From: Bacillota bacterium
GTDB taxonomy: Bacteria > Bacillota > Sulfobacillia > JAIMAT01
Length of the DNA: 64,000 bases
NCBI GenBank assembly: GCA_029960955.1
Contig: JASBVS010000002.1
Location: forward strand, 146,470 to 210,469
Direction of reading: 5' to 3'
This document shows positions 1-9,688 of the stretch, one piece after another; position 1 is the stretch's first letter, and the number at the start of each line of letters is the position of its first letter. The notes beneath the pieces were generated by a model. It saw only the letters and a list, made by a program, of their open reading frames with translations. It did no database searches and was not told where the DNA came from. The position numbers and the translations under genes were made by a program.

Positions 1-1
1 C

Positions 2-1165
2 ACCTTCCTGATCCACGGCATCCTCTCCCGCCGCCTCCCCGCCGGCCTGGTCGGCACGGTGACCAACGTGGTCGGCGGGCGCCGGCTCCCCGTCGAGCAC
101 ACCACCCCCGAGGCTCCCGACCTGCAGCGCATGCTGCGCGCGATGTGCGAGGCGGGCGACCGGGCGGTGGCGATGGAGGTCTCCTCCCACGCCCTCAGTC
201 TTCACCGCGTGGACACGGTGGAATTCGACGTCGGCGTCTTCACCAACCTGACCCAGGACCACCTGGACTTCCACGGCGACCTGGAGCACTACCTGGAGGC
301 GAAGGCCCTCCTCTTCCGCTCGCTCGGCCGAAGCTACTGGGGCCCGCTCAAGCAGGGCCCCAAGGGGGCCGTGCTCAACGCGGACGATCCGGCCAGCCGG
401 CAGGTGGCCTCGGTCACCCAGGTGCCCGTCATCCGCTACGGGTTGACCGGGGCGGCCGACCTCAAGGGCGAGGTGCTGGCCATGGAGAGCGGTTCCACCC
501 GCGTCGCGCTCGGCGGCCCCCTCGGCCGGGGAGAGCTCCTCCTGCCGCTCCCCGGCCGCTTCAACGTCTACAACGCGCTGGCCGCGCTGGGCGCGACGCT
601 CCTCCTCGGCGTCCCGCTGGAGGAAGGGGTGGAGGCGCTGGCGCAGGCGCCCGCCGTCCCCGGGCGCTTCGAGCGCATCGACGGGCCGCAGCCCTTCACC
701 GTGGTGGTCGACTACGCGCACACGCCCGACGGCTTGGAGAACGTGCTGAAGACGGCGCGGGAGCTGACCCGGGGCCGGGTGATCGTCGTCTTCGGCGCCG
801 GCGGCGACCGCGACCGGGGCAAGCGGCCGCGCATGGGCGCCGTCGCCGCCCGCTGGGCCGACCTGGTCGTGCTCACCTCCGACAACCCGCGCAGCGAGGA
901 GCCGGAGGCGATCCTCGACGACATCGAGCAGGGGCTGGCCGGCACGGGCGCCACGTACGTGCGGCGCGCCGACCGGCGCCAGGCCATCCGCGAGGCGATC
1001 GCCGCCGCCGCACCGGGCGACCTGGTCCTGATCGCGGGCAAGGGTCACGAGACGTACCAGATCTTCCGCGACCGGACGGTCCACTTCGACGACCGCGAGG
1101 AGGCCCGGGCCGCGCTGGCCGACCTGGGTTTCGCCGTGGCCGGGCCGCGGGGCGACCGCCCGTGA
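2..1165 (+). CDS. murE: UDP-MurNAc-tripeptide synthetase (meso-DAP ligase), 5' truncated by the window edge
   Basis: Motifs TTPEA, MEVSSH, FTNLTQDHLDFH, VDYAHTPD, DNPR (DAP specificity) and AGKGHE. The frame is open from base 2. Confidence 0.97.
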   Translation, partial: TFLIHGILSRRLPAGLVGTVTNVVGGRRLPVEHTTPEAPDLQRMLRAMCEAGDRAVAMEVSSHALSLHRVDTVEFDVGVFTNLTQDHLDFHGDLEHYLEAKALLFRSLGRSYWGPLKQGPKGAVLNADDPASRQVASVTQVPVIRYGLTGAADLKGEVLAMESGSTRVALGGPLGRGELLLPLPGRFNVYNALAALGATLLLGVPLEEGVEALAQAPAVPGRFERIDGPQPFTVVVDYAHTPDGLENVLKTARELTRGRVIVVFGAGGDRDRGKRPRMGAVAARWADLVVLTSDNPRSEEPEAILDDIEQGLAGTGATYVRRADRRQAIREAIAAAAPGDLVLIAGKGHETYQIFRDRTVHFDDREEARAALADLGFAVAGPRGDRP

Positions 1166-2529
1166 GGTACACGGCGCGCGAGCTGGCGGACCTCCTGCCG
1201 GGCTCGCGCCTGCTCGGCGAGCCGGGCGCCGTGGCCACCGGCGTCGCCAGCGACAGCCGCGAGGTCCGGCCGGGCGACCTCTTCGTCGCCCTTCCGGGCA
1301 GCCGCGTCGACGGCCTGGCCTTCCTGCCCGCCGCCTGGGAGGCGGGGGCTACGGTGGCGCTCGTCCAGCGCGAGCCCGCCGAGCTGCCGCCGGGCCGGGC
1401 GGCACTGCTGGTGGAGGAGAGCCGGCAGGCGCTGGAGCGGCTGGGCCGGGAGCACCGCCGCCGCTGGGGCGGGCGTGTGGTGGCCGTGACGGGCAGCGTC
1501 GGCAAGACCAGCACCCGCGACCTGGTGGCGGCCGTCCTGGCGACGCGCTTCCGCGTCCTGCGCGCCGAGCGGAACTACAACACCGAGGTCGGCGTGCCCC
1601 TCACCCTCCTCCGGCTGGAGCCCGGAGACGAGGTGGCCGTGCTCGAGCTGGCCATGCGCTCGCCCGGCGAGATCCGGACGCTGGCGCGCCTCGCGGAGCC
1701 GGAGACGGGGCTCCTGACGCGCATCGCCCCCGTCCACCTGGAGTTCCTCGGCTCCATGGAGGCGATCGCCCGGGCCAAGGGCGAGCTGCTCGAGGAGCTG
1801 CCCGCGACGGGCCGGGCGGTCCTCTCCGCCGACGATCCCTGGCAGGCGGCCGTGGCGGGGAGGAGCCGCGCCCCCGTCCTCTGGTACGGTCGCGGTCCGG
1901 CGGCGCAGGTGCGCTGCGAGGAGGTGGAGAGCGGGGCCGAGCGGAGCCGCTTCCGGCTCCGCCTGCCCGGCGGCGGCAGCGCCCGGGTGACGCTGCCCTA
2001 TCCGGGGGAGCACATGGTCTGGGACGCCACCGCCGCGGCGGCGGTCGGCTTCCTCTTCGGCCTCGAGGCGGGGGCGATCGCCGAGGGGCTGGAGCGGGCG
2101 GAGCTGACCGGACACAGGAACCGCTTCCTGCGCGCGGGGGCGTGGACCGTCTTCGACGACTGCTACAACTCGAGTCCCGCCTCGCTGGAGGCCGCGCTGG
2201 CCGTGCTGGCCAGGGTGCCGGGCCGGCGGCTGGCCGTCCTGGGCGACATGCTGGAGCTCGGGCCCGAGGCCGAGCGCTACCACCGGGAGGCCGGCGAGAA
2301 GGTGGCGGCGAGCGGCGTGACGCTGCTGGTGGCCGTCGGCGGCTGGGCGGGCGTCCTGGCGGAGGCGGCCCGGCGCGCCGGGGTGCCCGAGGTGATCCCC
2401 GTGGAGGACGCCGAGGCGGCGGCGGAGGTGGCGCTGGACCGGGTCCGCGCGGGCGACACCGTCCTGGTCAAGGGGTCGCGCGCGCTGGGGCTGGAGCGTG
2501 TGGTCGAGGCGCTGAGCCATGGGGCTTGA
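1162..2529 (+). CDS. murF: UDP-MurNAc-tripeptide--D-Ala-D-Ala ligase
   Basis: DSREV, VTGSVGKTST, NYNTEVGVP, DDCYNSSP, LGDMLELG and VKGSR. The GTG start overlaps the murE TGA. Confidence 0.96.
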   Translation: MRYTARELADLLPGSRLLGEPGAVATGVASDSREVRPGDLFVALPGSRVDGLAFLPAAWEAGATVALVQREPAELPPGRAALLVEESRQALERLGREHRRRWGGRVVAVTGSVGKTSTRDLVAAVLATRFRVLRAERNYNTEVGVPLTLLRLEPGDEVAVLELAMRSPGEIRTLARLAEPETGLLTRIAPVHLEFLGSMEAIARAKGELLEELPATGRAVLSADDPWQAAVAGRSRAPVLWYGRGPAAQVRCEEVESGAERSRFRLRLPGGGSARVTLPYPGEHMVWDATAAAAVGFLFGLEAGAIAEGLERAELTGHRNRFLRAGAWTVFDDCYNSSPASLEAALAVLARVPGRRLAVLGDMLELGPEAERYHREAGEKVAASGVTLLVAVGGWAGVLAEAARRAGVPEVIPVEDAEAAAEVALDRVRAGDTVLVKGSRALGLERVVEALSHGA

Positions 2530-3514
2530 GACCTGGCAGGCGGGCTGGTGGCTGCCGCTCGCCTTCGCAGCCGGCTTCGGCCTGGTCGGGACGGTCGTTC
2601 TGACGCCGCTCCTCCTGCCGATCCTGCGCCGCCGCCGGGTGGGGCAGTCGATCCGGCCGGAGGGGCCGGCCGCCCACCGGGCGAAGGCGGGGACGCCGAC
2701 CATGGGGGGCCTGGCCTTCGTGCCGGTGACCGCGGCGGCCACGGCGCTCTGGGCGCCCTTCGGCGCCGCGCCGGCCGCCGCCCTGGCGCTCTTCCTCGGC
2801 CATGGCCTCCTGGGCTGGCTCGACGACGAGCTGAAGGTCGTCCGCCACCGCTCGCTGGGCCTGGCAGCCCGCTACAAGCTTCTGGGACAGACGCTCCTGG
2901 CGGCGCTCCTCGTCTGGACGGTCCACCGCGAGGGGCTGGGAAGCTGGCTCCAGCTCCCCTTCACCGCCTGGCGCCTCGACCTGGGCCGGCTCTACCCCGT
3001 CGTGGTCTGGCTGGTGGTGCTGGCGGCCAGCAACGCCGTCAACCTGACCGACGGCCTCGACGGGCTCCTGAGCGCGACCACGCTGCCGGTGGCGGCCGCA
3101 TATGCATGGATCGCCGTCGCCGCCGGCCAGGCGGGGCTGGCCGTCAGCCTGGCGGCCCTCTTCGGGGCGCTGCTGGGCTTCCTCCTCTTCAACCGCCACC
3201 CCGCGCAGATCTTCATGGGCGACACGGGCTCCCTGGCGGTGGGGGGGCTCCTGGCGGCGGCGGCGGTCCTGACCAAGACCGAGCTCTACCTGGTGCTCAT
3301 CGGTCTGGTCTACGTGCTGGAGGCGCTCTCGGTGATCGTCCAGGTGGCCAGCTTTCAGCTGACGGGCCGGCGCGTGCTGCGCATGAGCCCGCTCCACCAC
3401 CACTTCGAGCTCGGCGGCATGAGCGAGAACCAGGTGGTGGGGCGCTTCGCCCTGCTCTCGCTGCTGGGCAGCGCCCTGGGCGTCTTCGCCCTCTGGATGT
3501 CGGGAGGGTGGTAG
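2519..3514 (+). CDS. mraY: Phospho-MurNAc-pentapeptide transferase
   Basis: KAGTPTMGG, NAVNLTDGLDG, FMGDTGS and PLHHHFEL; multi-pass membrane protein. Confidence 0.97.
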   Translation: MGLETWQAGWWLPLAFAAGFGLVGTVVLTPLLLPILRRRRVGQSIRPEGPAAHRAKAGTPTMGGLAFVPVTAAATALWAPFGAAPAAALALFLGHGLLGWLDDELKVVRHRSLGLAARYKLLGQTLLAALLVWTVHREGLGSWLQLPFTAWRLDLGRLYPVVVWLVVLAASNAVNLTDGLDGLLSATTLPVAAAYAWIAVAAGQAGLAVSLAALFGALLGFLLFNRHPAQIFMGDTGSLAVGGLLAAAAVLTKTELYLVLIGLVYVLEALSVIVQVASFQLTGRRVLRMSPLHHHFELGGMSENQVVGRFALLSLLGSALGVFALWMSGGW

Positions 3515-3516
3515 CC

Positions 3517-4617
3517 GTGAGAGGTCGGCAGCCTCCGGTCGACTTCGGGATCCTGGTGCCGGTCCTCCTGCTGCTGGCCGTCGGCCTGGTGATGGTGCTC
3601 AGCGCCAGCGCCCCCGAGGCCCTGGTGACCTACGGCGATCCCTACTACTTCTTCAAGCGCCAGTTGGCCTGGGCGCTGATCGGCGGCGTCGGCATGCTGG
3701 TGGTGGCCCGTATCGACTACGTCCGCTGGCGGCGCTGGGCGGCCCCGCTGATGGCCCTCACCGTGCTGGCGCTCGTCCTGGTCCTGGTACCCGGGGTGGG
3801 CGTCGAGTCGCACGGCGCCCGCCGCTGGCTCGGCTTCTCCAGCCTCAGCTTCCAGCCTTCGGAGATGGCCAAGATGACGGCCGTCGTCTTCTTCGCCCAC
3901 CTGCTCTCGCGCTCGCCCAGGGGCGCCAAGGACCTGCTGCGCGGCCTCCTCCCCGTGGTGGCGGGGGTCGCCCTCCTCGGCGGCCTGATCATGATGGAGC
4001 CCGACCTGGGGACGACGGTGACCATCGCGGGCACCGCCCTCGTCCTCCTCTTCGCCGCCGGCATGTACGTCTCGCACATGCTGGCGACCGGCCTGGCGGC
4101 GGTGCCGGTCCTCGCCTACCTGATCTTCGGCGAGGGCTACCGGCGCCAGCGCTTCCTCGCCTTCCTCGACCCGCAGGCGGACCCGCTGGGCGCGGGCTAC
4201 CACATCACGCAGGGCCTCTACGCGCTGGGCGAGGGCTCGCTCTTCGGGAGCGGCCTGGGCAACAGCCTGCAGAAGTACTTCTACGTGCCCGAGCGGCACA
4301 CCGACTTCATCTTCACCATCCTGGCCGACGAGCTCGGCTTCGTCGGCGCGCTCGCCGTCATCCTCCTCTTCGCGCTGCTCGCCTGGCGGGGCTTCCGCGT
4401 GGCGCTCCGCGCCCCCGACGGCCTGGGCGCGCTCCTGGCGAGCGGGGTGACGGCGGCCATCCTGGTGCAGGCGGTGGTCAACATCGGCGTGGTCGGCTCG
4501 GTCCTGCCCATCACGGGCATCCCGCTCCCCTTCGTCAGCTTCGGCGGCTCGAGCCTCGTCTTCTCGCTCACCTCGGTGGGGATCCTCCTCAATGTCTCGC
4601 GCTACGCCCGGCTCTGA
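3517..4617 (+). CDS. ftsW: SEDS family peptidoglycan polymerase FtsW/SpoVE
   Basis: GARRWL, FQPSEMAK, EPDLGT, PERHTDFIF and LPFVSFGGSS; GTG start after a GGGAGG SD. Confidence 0.94.
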   Translation: MRGRQPPVDFGILVPVLLLLAVGLVMVLSASAPEALVTYGDPYYFFKRQLAWALIGGVGMLVVARIDYVRWRRWAAPLMALTVLALVLVLVPGVGVESHGARRWLGFSSLSFQPSEMAKMTAVVFFAHLLSRSPRGAKDLLRGLLPVVAGVALLGGLIMMEPDLGTTVTIAGTALVLLFAAGMYVSHMLATGLAAVPVLAYLIFGEGYRRQRFLAFLDPQADPLGAGYHITQGLYALGEGSLFGSGLGNSLQKYFYVPERHTDFIFTILADELGFVGALAVILLFALLAWRGFRVALRAPDGLGALLASGVTAAILVQAVVNIGVVGSVLPITGIPLPFVSFGGSSLVFSLTSVGILLNVSRYARL

Positions 4618-5788
4618 GCGGCCCGGACAAGGCGCGCCCGCCGGGGGGCGGGGGCGCCCGCGGAAGGTCCTCGTCACCGGCGGCGGGACCGGCGGCCACA
4701 TCTACCCCGCCCTCGCCATCGCGCGCGAGCTGGAGCGGTTGGCGCCGGAGCGGCTGGGGGCTCCGCTCGAGATCCTCTACGTCGGCGTGGCGGGCGGCAT
4801 GGAGGAGCGGCTGGCGCAGGAGGCCGGTTACCGCTTCCTGCCGGTCGCCGCGGGCGGCCTGGTGGGCAAGCGGCCGCTCGAGCTCCTGCGCAACGGGCTG
4901 CGCATGGCGGCCGGCCTCCTCCAGGCGGTGGCGCTCCTCCGGCGCGAGCGGCCGCACCTGGTGGTGGGAACCGGAGGCTACGCGGCGGCCCCGCTCCTGG
5001 CGGCCGCCGTCCTGCTCCGCATCCCGGCCGCCCTCCAGGAGCAGAACGCCATCCCGGGAAAGGTCAACCAGCTGCTCGCCCCCTGGGTGCGCGAGGTCTA
5101 CCTCGCCTACCCCGAGGCGGCGCGTCGCCTCCGCGGGCGGACCTTCGTCACCGGCAACCCCGTCCGCGCCGAGGTGACGGAGGCCGACCGGCAGGAAGCG
5201 CGCCGCCGCCTCGGCCTGCCGCCCGGCGAGGCGCTGGTCCTCTGCGCCATGGGGAGCCGCGGTTCCGCCACCGTCAACCGGGTGCTGGCGGAGCTGGTGG
5301 TCGACTGGGCGCGCCGCCCGCCGGAAAGGCCGCCCGCCTTCCTCCTCCTGGCGACCGGCCGCGCCCATCACGCCGCCTTCCTCGAGCAGCTCGCCCGCGC
5401 GGGCGTGGCCGGGGAAGGGCCCGCCCACCGCGTGCTCGCCTACGTCGACGAGATGCCGCAAGCGCTGGCGGCGGCCGACCTGGCCGTCGCCCGCGCCGGC
5501 GCCATCAGCCTGGCCGAGCTGACCGCCCGCGGCCTGCCGGCCGTGCTGGTACCCTCGCCCCACGTGGCCTACGACCACCAGCGCGCCAACGCCGAGGCGC
5601 TGGCCCGCCAGGGCGCGGCGGTCGTCCTCGAGGAAGCGGAGCTGACCGCCGGGCGCCTCCGCGAGACCGTCGAGCGGCTGCTGGGCGACCCCGCGCGGCT
5701 GGCGGCCATGGCGGCCGCCAGCCGGAGGCTCGGCCGCCCGGAGGCGGCGCGCACCCTGGCGGAGAGGCTCCTGCGCCTTCTGCGCTGA
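4592..5788 (+). CDS. murG: Undecaprenyl-PP-MurNAc-pentapeptide GlcNAc transferase
   Basis: GGGTGGHIYP, GTGGYA, EQNAIPG, TGNPVR, RAGAIS and HQRANA. Confidence 0.96.
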   Translation: MSRATPGSERPGQGAPAGGRGRPRKVLVTGGGTGGHIYPALAIARELERLAPERLGAPLEILYVGVAGGMEERLAQEAGYRFLPVAAGGLVGKRPLELLRNGLRMAAGLLQAVALLRRERPHLVVGTGGYAAAPLLAAAVLLRIPAALQEQNAIPGKVNQLLAPWVREVYLAYPEAARRLRGRTFVTGNPVRAEVTEADRQEARRRLGLPPGEALVLCAMGSRGSATVNRVLAELVVDWARRPPERPPAFLLLATGRAHHAAFLEQLARAGVAGEGPAHRVLAYVDEMPQALAAADLAVARAGAISLAELTARGLPAVLVPSPHVAYDHQRANAEALARQGAAVVLEEAELTAGRLRETVERLLGDPARLAAMAAASRRLGRPEAARTLAERLLRLLR

Positions 5789-5825
5789 GCGACGGGCGCG
5801 GGTGCGCCCGTCCCGCCGCCGCCCG

Positions 5826-5853
5826 GACCCGCGGGCGGGCCGGCGCATACTCT
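5826..5853 (+). promoter_or_regulatory. Putative internal promoter upstream of murC (sigmaK/sigmaE-like -10, CATACTCT)
   Basis: GACC-16-CATACTCT in the murG-murC gap; could instead be a sigmaA -10 (TACTCT). Confidence 0.3.
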
Positions 5854-5926
5854 GAGGGAGGGCGGCGGAGCGGACGAGCCCGGCGCCCCGGAGGGCCGAC
5901 GAGGCCGGGACGAAGAGGGGACGCGG

Positions 5927-7345
5927 ATGGAGCGAAGCCGGGTCGCTGGCGGGCACTGGCACCTGGTCGGTGCCGGGGGAAGCGGGATGAGCGGGCTGGC
6001 GCTCCTCCTGGCCGCCCAGGGCCGGGAGGTGAGCGGCTGCGACGCGCGGGACTCCCCGGCGCTGGAGGATCTGGCCCGGCGCGGGCTGGCGGTGGAACCG
6101 CGGCACGGAGCCGAGCACGTCCGCCGCTGCGACCGGCTGGTCATCTCCCGGGCCGTCCGCCGCGACCACCCGGAGGTGGTGGAGGGGCTCCGGCGCGGCC
6201 TCACCCTCGAGTACCGCGGCGAGCGCCTGGCCGCCCTCTTCAACCGGCGGCGCGGAATCGCCGTCGCCGGCAGCCACGGCAAGTCGACCACGGCCGGCTG
6301 GATCGGCTGGGCGCTCCATGAGGCGGGCCTCGATCCGGTCGTCTACCTGGGGGCGCGGCTGAGCGACCTGCAGACGCCGGTGCTCGCGGGTCGCGGCGAC
6401 CTCTTCGTGGCCGAGAGCGACGAGTCCGACGCCAGCTTCGAGCTGCTTCGCCCCTGGCTGGCCGTCGTCACCAACGTGGACGACGACCATCTGGAACATT
6501 ACGGAAGCATGGAGCGGATGGTGGAGGCGTTCCGCCGCTTCGTCGACGGCGTGCAGCCCGGCGGCGCCGCCCTCCTCGCGGCCGACGATCCGCTCCTGGC
6601 GCGCTTCCGCTCCCCGACGCGCATCGTCACGTACGGGCTGGGGGCGGGCGAGCTGCGCGCCGTGGAGGTCTGCTCGACCCCCCTGGGGGAGGGCTTCCGG
6701 GTCCGCTGGCGCGGGCGCGACCTGGGGTCCTGGCGGACCCGGCTCCACGGCCTCCACAACGTCTCGAACGCCCTGGCGGTGATCGGGGCGCTCACCCTGG
6801 TCGGCCTCGATCCGGAGCGGGTGCGCGAGCTGGTCGCCGCCTACCGCGGCGTCGAACGCCGGCTCCAGCCGCTGGGCGAGGCGGCCGGCCGCCGCCTCTT
6901 CGACGACTACGGCCACCACCCCGCCGAGGTGCAGGCCGCGCTCCGCGCCGCCAGGAAGCTGGCGGGCGAAGGCCGCCTCCTCGTCATCTTCCAGCCCCAC
7001 CGCTACAGCCGCACCCTGCGCCTGGCGGAGGCGTTCGGGCCGGCGCTGGCGCTGGCCGACCGGGTCTGGGTGATGCCGGTCTACGCCGCCGGCGAGGAGC
7101 CGCTGGAGGGCGCGGAGCCGGCCCGCATCGTGGAGGCCGTGCGGGAGGCCGGCGGCCGGGCCGAGCTGGCCGGGGGCGCGGAAGGGGCGGCCGCCGCGGC
7201 GGCGGCGGGGAGCCGCCCTGGAGACCTCATCCTCACCCTGGGTGCGGGCGACGTGTATACTGTCGCAACGGAAGTCCTGCGGCAGTTGAACGGGGAGAGG
7301 GCGGTTGGGAGCGGCGGAGGAACCTTTCGAACGGGCGATCCGTAG
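5927..7345 (+). CDS. murC: UDP-MurNAc--L-alanine ligase
   Basis: GAGGSGMSGLA, AGSHGKSTT, ESDESD, DDYGHHPAEV and FQPHRYSRT. Confidence 0.96.
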   Translation: MERSRVAGGHWHLVGAGGSGMSGLALLLAAQGREVSGCDARDSPALEDLARRGLAVEPRHGAEHVRRCDRLVISRAVRRDHPEVVEGLRRGLTLEYRGERLAALFNRRRGIAVAGSHGKSTTAGWIGWALHEAGLDPVVYLGARLSDLQTPVLAGRGDLFVAESDESDASFELLRPWLAVVTNVDDDHLEHYGSMERMVEAFRRFVDGVQPGGAALLAADDPLLARFRSPTRIVTYGLGAGELRAVEVCSTPLGEGFRVRWRGRDLGSWRTRLHGLHNVSNALAVIGALTLVGLDPERVRELVAAYRGVERRLQPLGEAAGRRLFDDYGHHPAEVQAALRAARKLAGEGRLLVIFQPHRYSRTLRLAEAFGPALALADRVWVMPVYAAGEEPLEGAEPARIVEAVREAGGRAELAGGAEGAAAAAAAGSRPGDLILTLGAGDVYTVATEVLRQLNGERAVGSGGGTFRTGDP

Positions 7346-8285
7346 GATAGGCGGGATCCGGGTGGCGGCCGGCGAGCCGCTGGCGCGTCATACGACGCTG
7401 CGGATCGGCGGTCCCGCCGATTTCTTTGTGGAACCGGAGACGGAGACGGCGTTGCGCGCTCTTCTCTCCCTGTGCAGGGAGTACGGCGTCGATGTGCACT
7501 TCCTGGGGCAGGGGTCGAACGTCCTGGTGCCCGACGAGGGCGTGCGGGGCGTGGTGCTGACCACGCGCCGGCTCTTCAACCGCTGCACCTTTGCGGGGAC
7601 GGAGGTGACCGTCGGCTCGGGCTACGCGCTCGGCCGCCTGGTCCAGCTCTCGCTGGAACGGGGGCTGGGCGGGCTGGAGCCGCTGGCCGGCATTCCGGGG
7701 ACGGTCGGCGGCGCCGTCTTCATGAACGCAGGCACGGCGGCCGGCACCATCGGCGACCGGCTGGTCTGGGCGCGCCTGCTCGACCTCGCGGGGGAGGAGA
7801 GCCTGCTCTCGCGGGAAGAGATGGGCTTCGGCTACAGGACGTCCCGCCTCCAGCAGGAGCCGGGCCGGCTGGTGGCGGAGGTGCGCCTCCGGCTGGAGGA
7901 GGCGCCGCAGGTGAGCGCCGACTTGCTGCGGGCGGCGGCCGCGCGGCGGCGGCGGACGCAGCCCCTCTCCTACCCCAACGCCGGCAGCATCTTCCGCAAC
8001 CCGCCCGGCGACTACGCCGGGCGGCTGATCGAGGCGGTGGGGGCGAAGGGGCTGGCGGTGGGCGGGGCGCAGATCTCGCCTCTGCACGCCAACTTCATCG
8101 TCAACACGGGCGGAGCGACGGCGGCCGACGTCCTGGAGCTGATGCGGATCGCGCGGGGGCTGGTGCGCGAGCGCTTCGGCCTCACCCTCGTCCCGGAGAT
8201 CCGGCTTTTCGGCGCGCCGGCAGGAACGCTGGAGCGGCGCCTGGACGAGGGTGGAGGTGAAACCGGTGGCACGCTTCCGGATTGA
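7305..8285 (+). CDS. murB: UDP-N-acetylenolpyruvoylglucosamine reductase
   Basis: HTTLRIGGPAD, GQGSNVLV, GIPGTVGGAVFMNAG, GSIFRNP and HANFIVN. Confidence 0.96.
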   Translation: MGAAEEPFERAIRRIGGIRVAAGEPLARHTTLRIGGPADFFVEPETETALRALLSLCREYGVDVHFLGQGSNVLVPDEGVRGVVLTTRRLFNRCTFAGTEVTVGSGYALGRLVQLSLERGLGGLEPLAGIPGTVGGAVFMNAGTAAGTIGDRLVWARLLDLAGEESLLSREEMGFGYRTSRLQQEPGRLVAEVRLRLEEAPQVSADLLRAAAARRRRTQPLSYPNAGSIFRNPPGDYAGRLIEAVGAKGLAVGGAQISPLHANFIVNTGGATAADVLELMRIARGLVRERFGLTLVPEIRLFGAPAGTLERRLDEGGGETGGTLPD

Positions 8286-9531
8286 GGGCGGGCACCCGCT
8301 GCTGGGCGAGCTGGAGGTCCGCGGGGCCAAGAACGCCGCCCTGCCCATCCTGGCGGCCACGGTGCTGGCGCCCGAGCGGAGCGTCGTCGTCGATGTTCCC
8401 GACCTCCGCGACATCCAGGTGATGATCGAGATCCTGAAGGCGCTGGGCGCCCGCGTCGAGGTGGGGCGGGTCGACGGCCTGCGCTCGCTGGCGGTGGAGC
8501 TGCCCGAGGTGCTGGACTGGGAGCTGCCGGAGGGGCTGACGCGGAAGATGCGCTCCTCCATCTTCCTGGCCGGTCCGCTCCTGGCGCGCTGCGGCCGCGT
8601 CCGCTTCTCCTACCCCGGCGGCTGCGCCATCGGCCCGCGGCCGATCAACTACCACCTGCAGGCGCTCAAGGCGATGGGCGCCGAGGTGGTGGAGCAGGGC
8701 GGCTACGTCGAGGCGGTGGCCGAGAGGCTGCGCGGGGCGGAGATCCACTTCGACCAGCCCAGCGTGGGCGCGACGGAGAACGCGCTGATGGCCGCGACGC
8801 TGGCGCAGGGGGTGACGCGCCTCTACAACGTGGCCAAGGAGCCGGAGATCCGGGACCTGGCCGGCTTCCTGGAGGAGATGGGCGCCCGGATCGAGGGCGC
8901 GGGGACGGACGTGATCACGGTCCACGGCGTGGAGGCGCTCCACGGCGCGACGCACCGCGTGATCCCGGACCGGATCGAGGCGGGCACCTTCCTGGTGGCG
9001 GCGGCGATGACGCAGGGCGACGTCCGCCTCCTGGGCGCGCGGGCGGACCACCTGGCGGCCGCGCTGGCCAAGCTGGCCGAGGCCGGGGCGCAGGTCGAGA
9101 GCGGCGAGGGCTGGATCCGCTGCCGCGGGCCGCGGCGCCCGCAGGCGGTCGACATCCGCACGGCGCCGTACCCGGGCTTTCCCACCGACCTGCAGAGCCC
9201 CTTCCTGGTCATGGCCACGCTGGCGGAGGGGACCAGCGTGATCACCGAGTCCATCTTCGAGAACCGCTTCAAGGTGGCCGAGGAGCTGCGGCGCATGGGT
9301 GCGGACATCACCGTCGACGGGCGCGTGGCGGTGGTGCGCGGGGTGGCCGCGCTCTCCGGGGCCGAGGTCGAGGCGATGGACGACCTGCGCGGCGGCGCCT
9401 CGCTGGTGCTGGCGGGTCTGGCCGCGCAGGGGACCACCTGGGTGACCGGGATCGAGCACGTGGAGCGCGGCTACGAGCGGCTGGACGAACGCCTCAGGCG
9501 GCTGGGCGCCGCGGTGGAGCGCATCGCGTAG
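8266..9531 (+). CDS. murA: UDP-GlcNAc 1-carboxyvinyltransferase
   Basis: GAKNAALP, PGGCAIGPRP (catalytic Cys), SVGATEN and PGFPTDLQ; GTG start after GGAGGTG. Confidence 0.96.
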   Translation: MARFRIEGGHPLLGELEVRGAKNAALPILAATVLAPERSVVVDVPDLRDIQVMIEILKALGARVEVGRVDGLRSLAVELPEVLDWELPEGLTRKMRSSIFLAGPLLARCGRVRFSYPGGCAIGPRPINYHLQALKAMGAEVVEQGGYVEAVAERLRGAEIHFDQPSVGATENALMAATLAQGVTRLYNVAKEPEIRDLAGFLEEMGARIEGAGTDVITVHGVEALHGATHRVIPDRIEAGTFLVAAAMTQGDVRLLGARADHLAAALAKLAEAGAQVESGEGWIRCRGPRRPQAVDIRTAPYPGFPTDLQSPFLVMATLAEGTSVITESIFENRFKVAEELRRMGADITVDGRVAVVRGVAALSGAEVEAMDDLRGGASLVLAGLAAQGTTWVTGIEHVERGYERLDERLRRLGAAVERIA

Positions 9532-9641
9532 CGGCATGGCGGCACCGCGCGCAAGGAGCCGGAAGAAGCGCAGAAGGGGGGCGCGGGAGGCGCGCCGGGA
9601 GGGGGGCTCGCCGGCCGGGGCGGGCGACCCGCGACGGGCGA

Positions 9642-9650
9642 TGGTAGAAT
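9642..9650 (+). promoter_or_regulatory. Extended -10 element (TGgTAGAAT) for the glycosyltransferase operon
   Basis: TGn-TAGAAT about 40 nt before GGAGGGAGGAG and the TTG start. Confidence 0.5.
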
Positions 9651-9688
9651 CGACCCGGGTTGCGCCATCGCTTCAGGAGGGAGGAGAG

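Noticed and set aside
7253..7261. TATACT in a locally AT-richer stretch at the end of murC, as an internal murB promoter
   Set aside because: No convincing -35 or extended TG element, so it cannot be supported from sequence alone.
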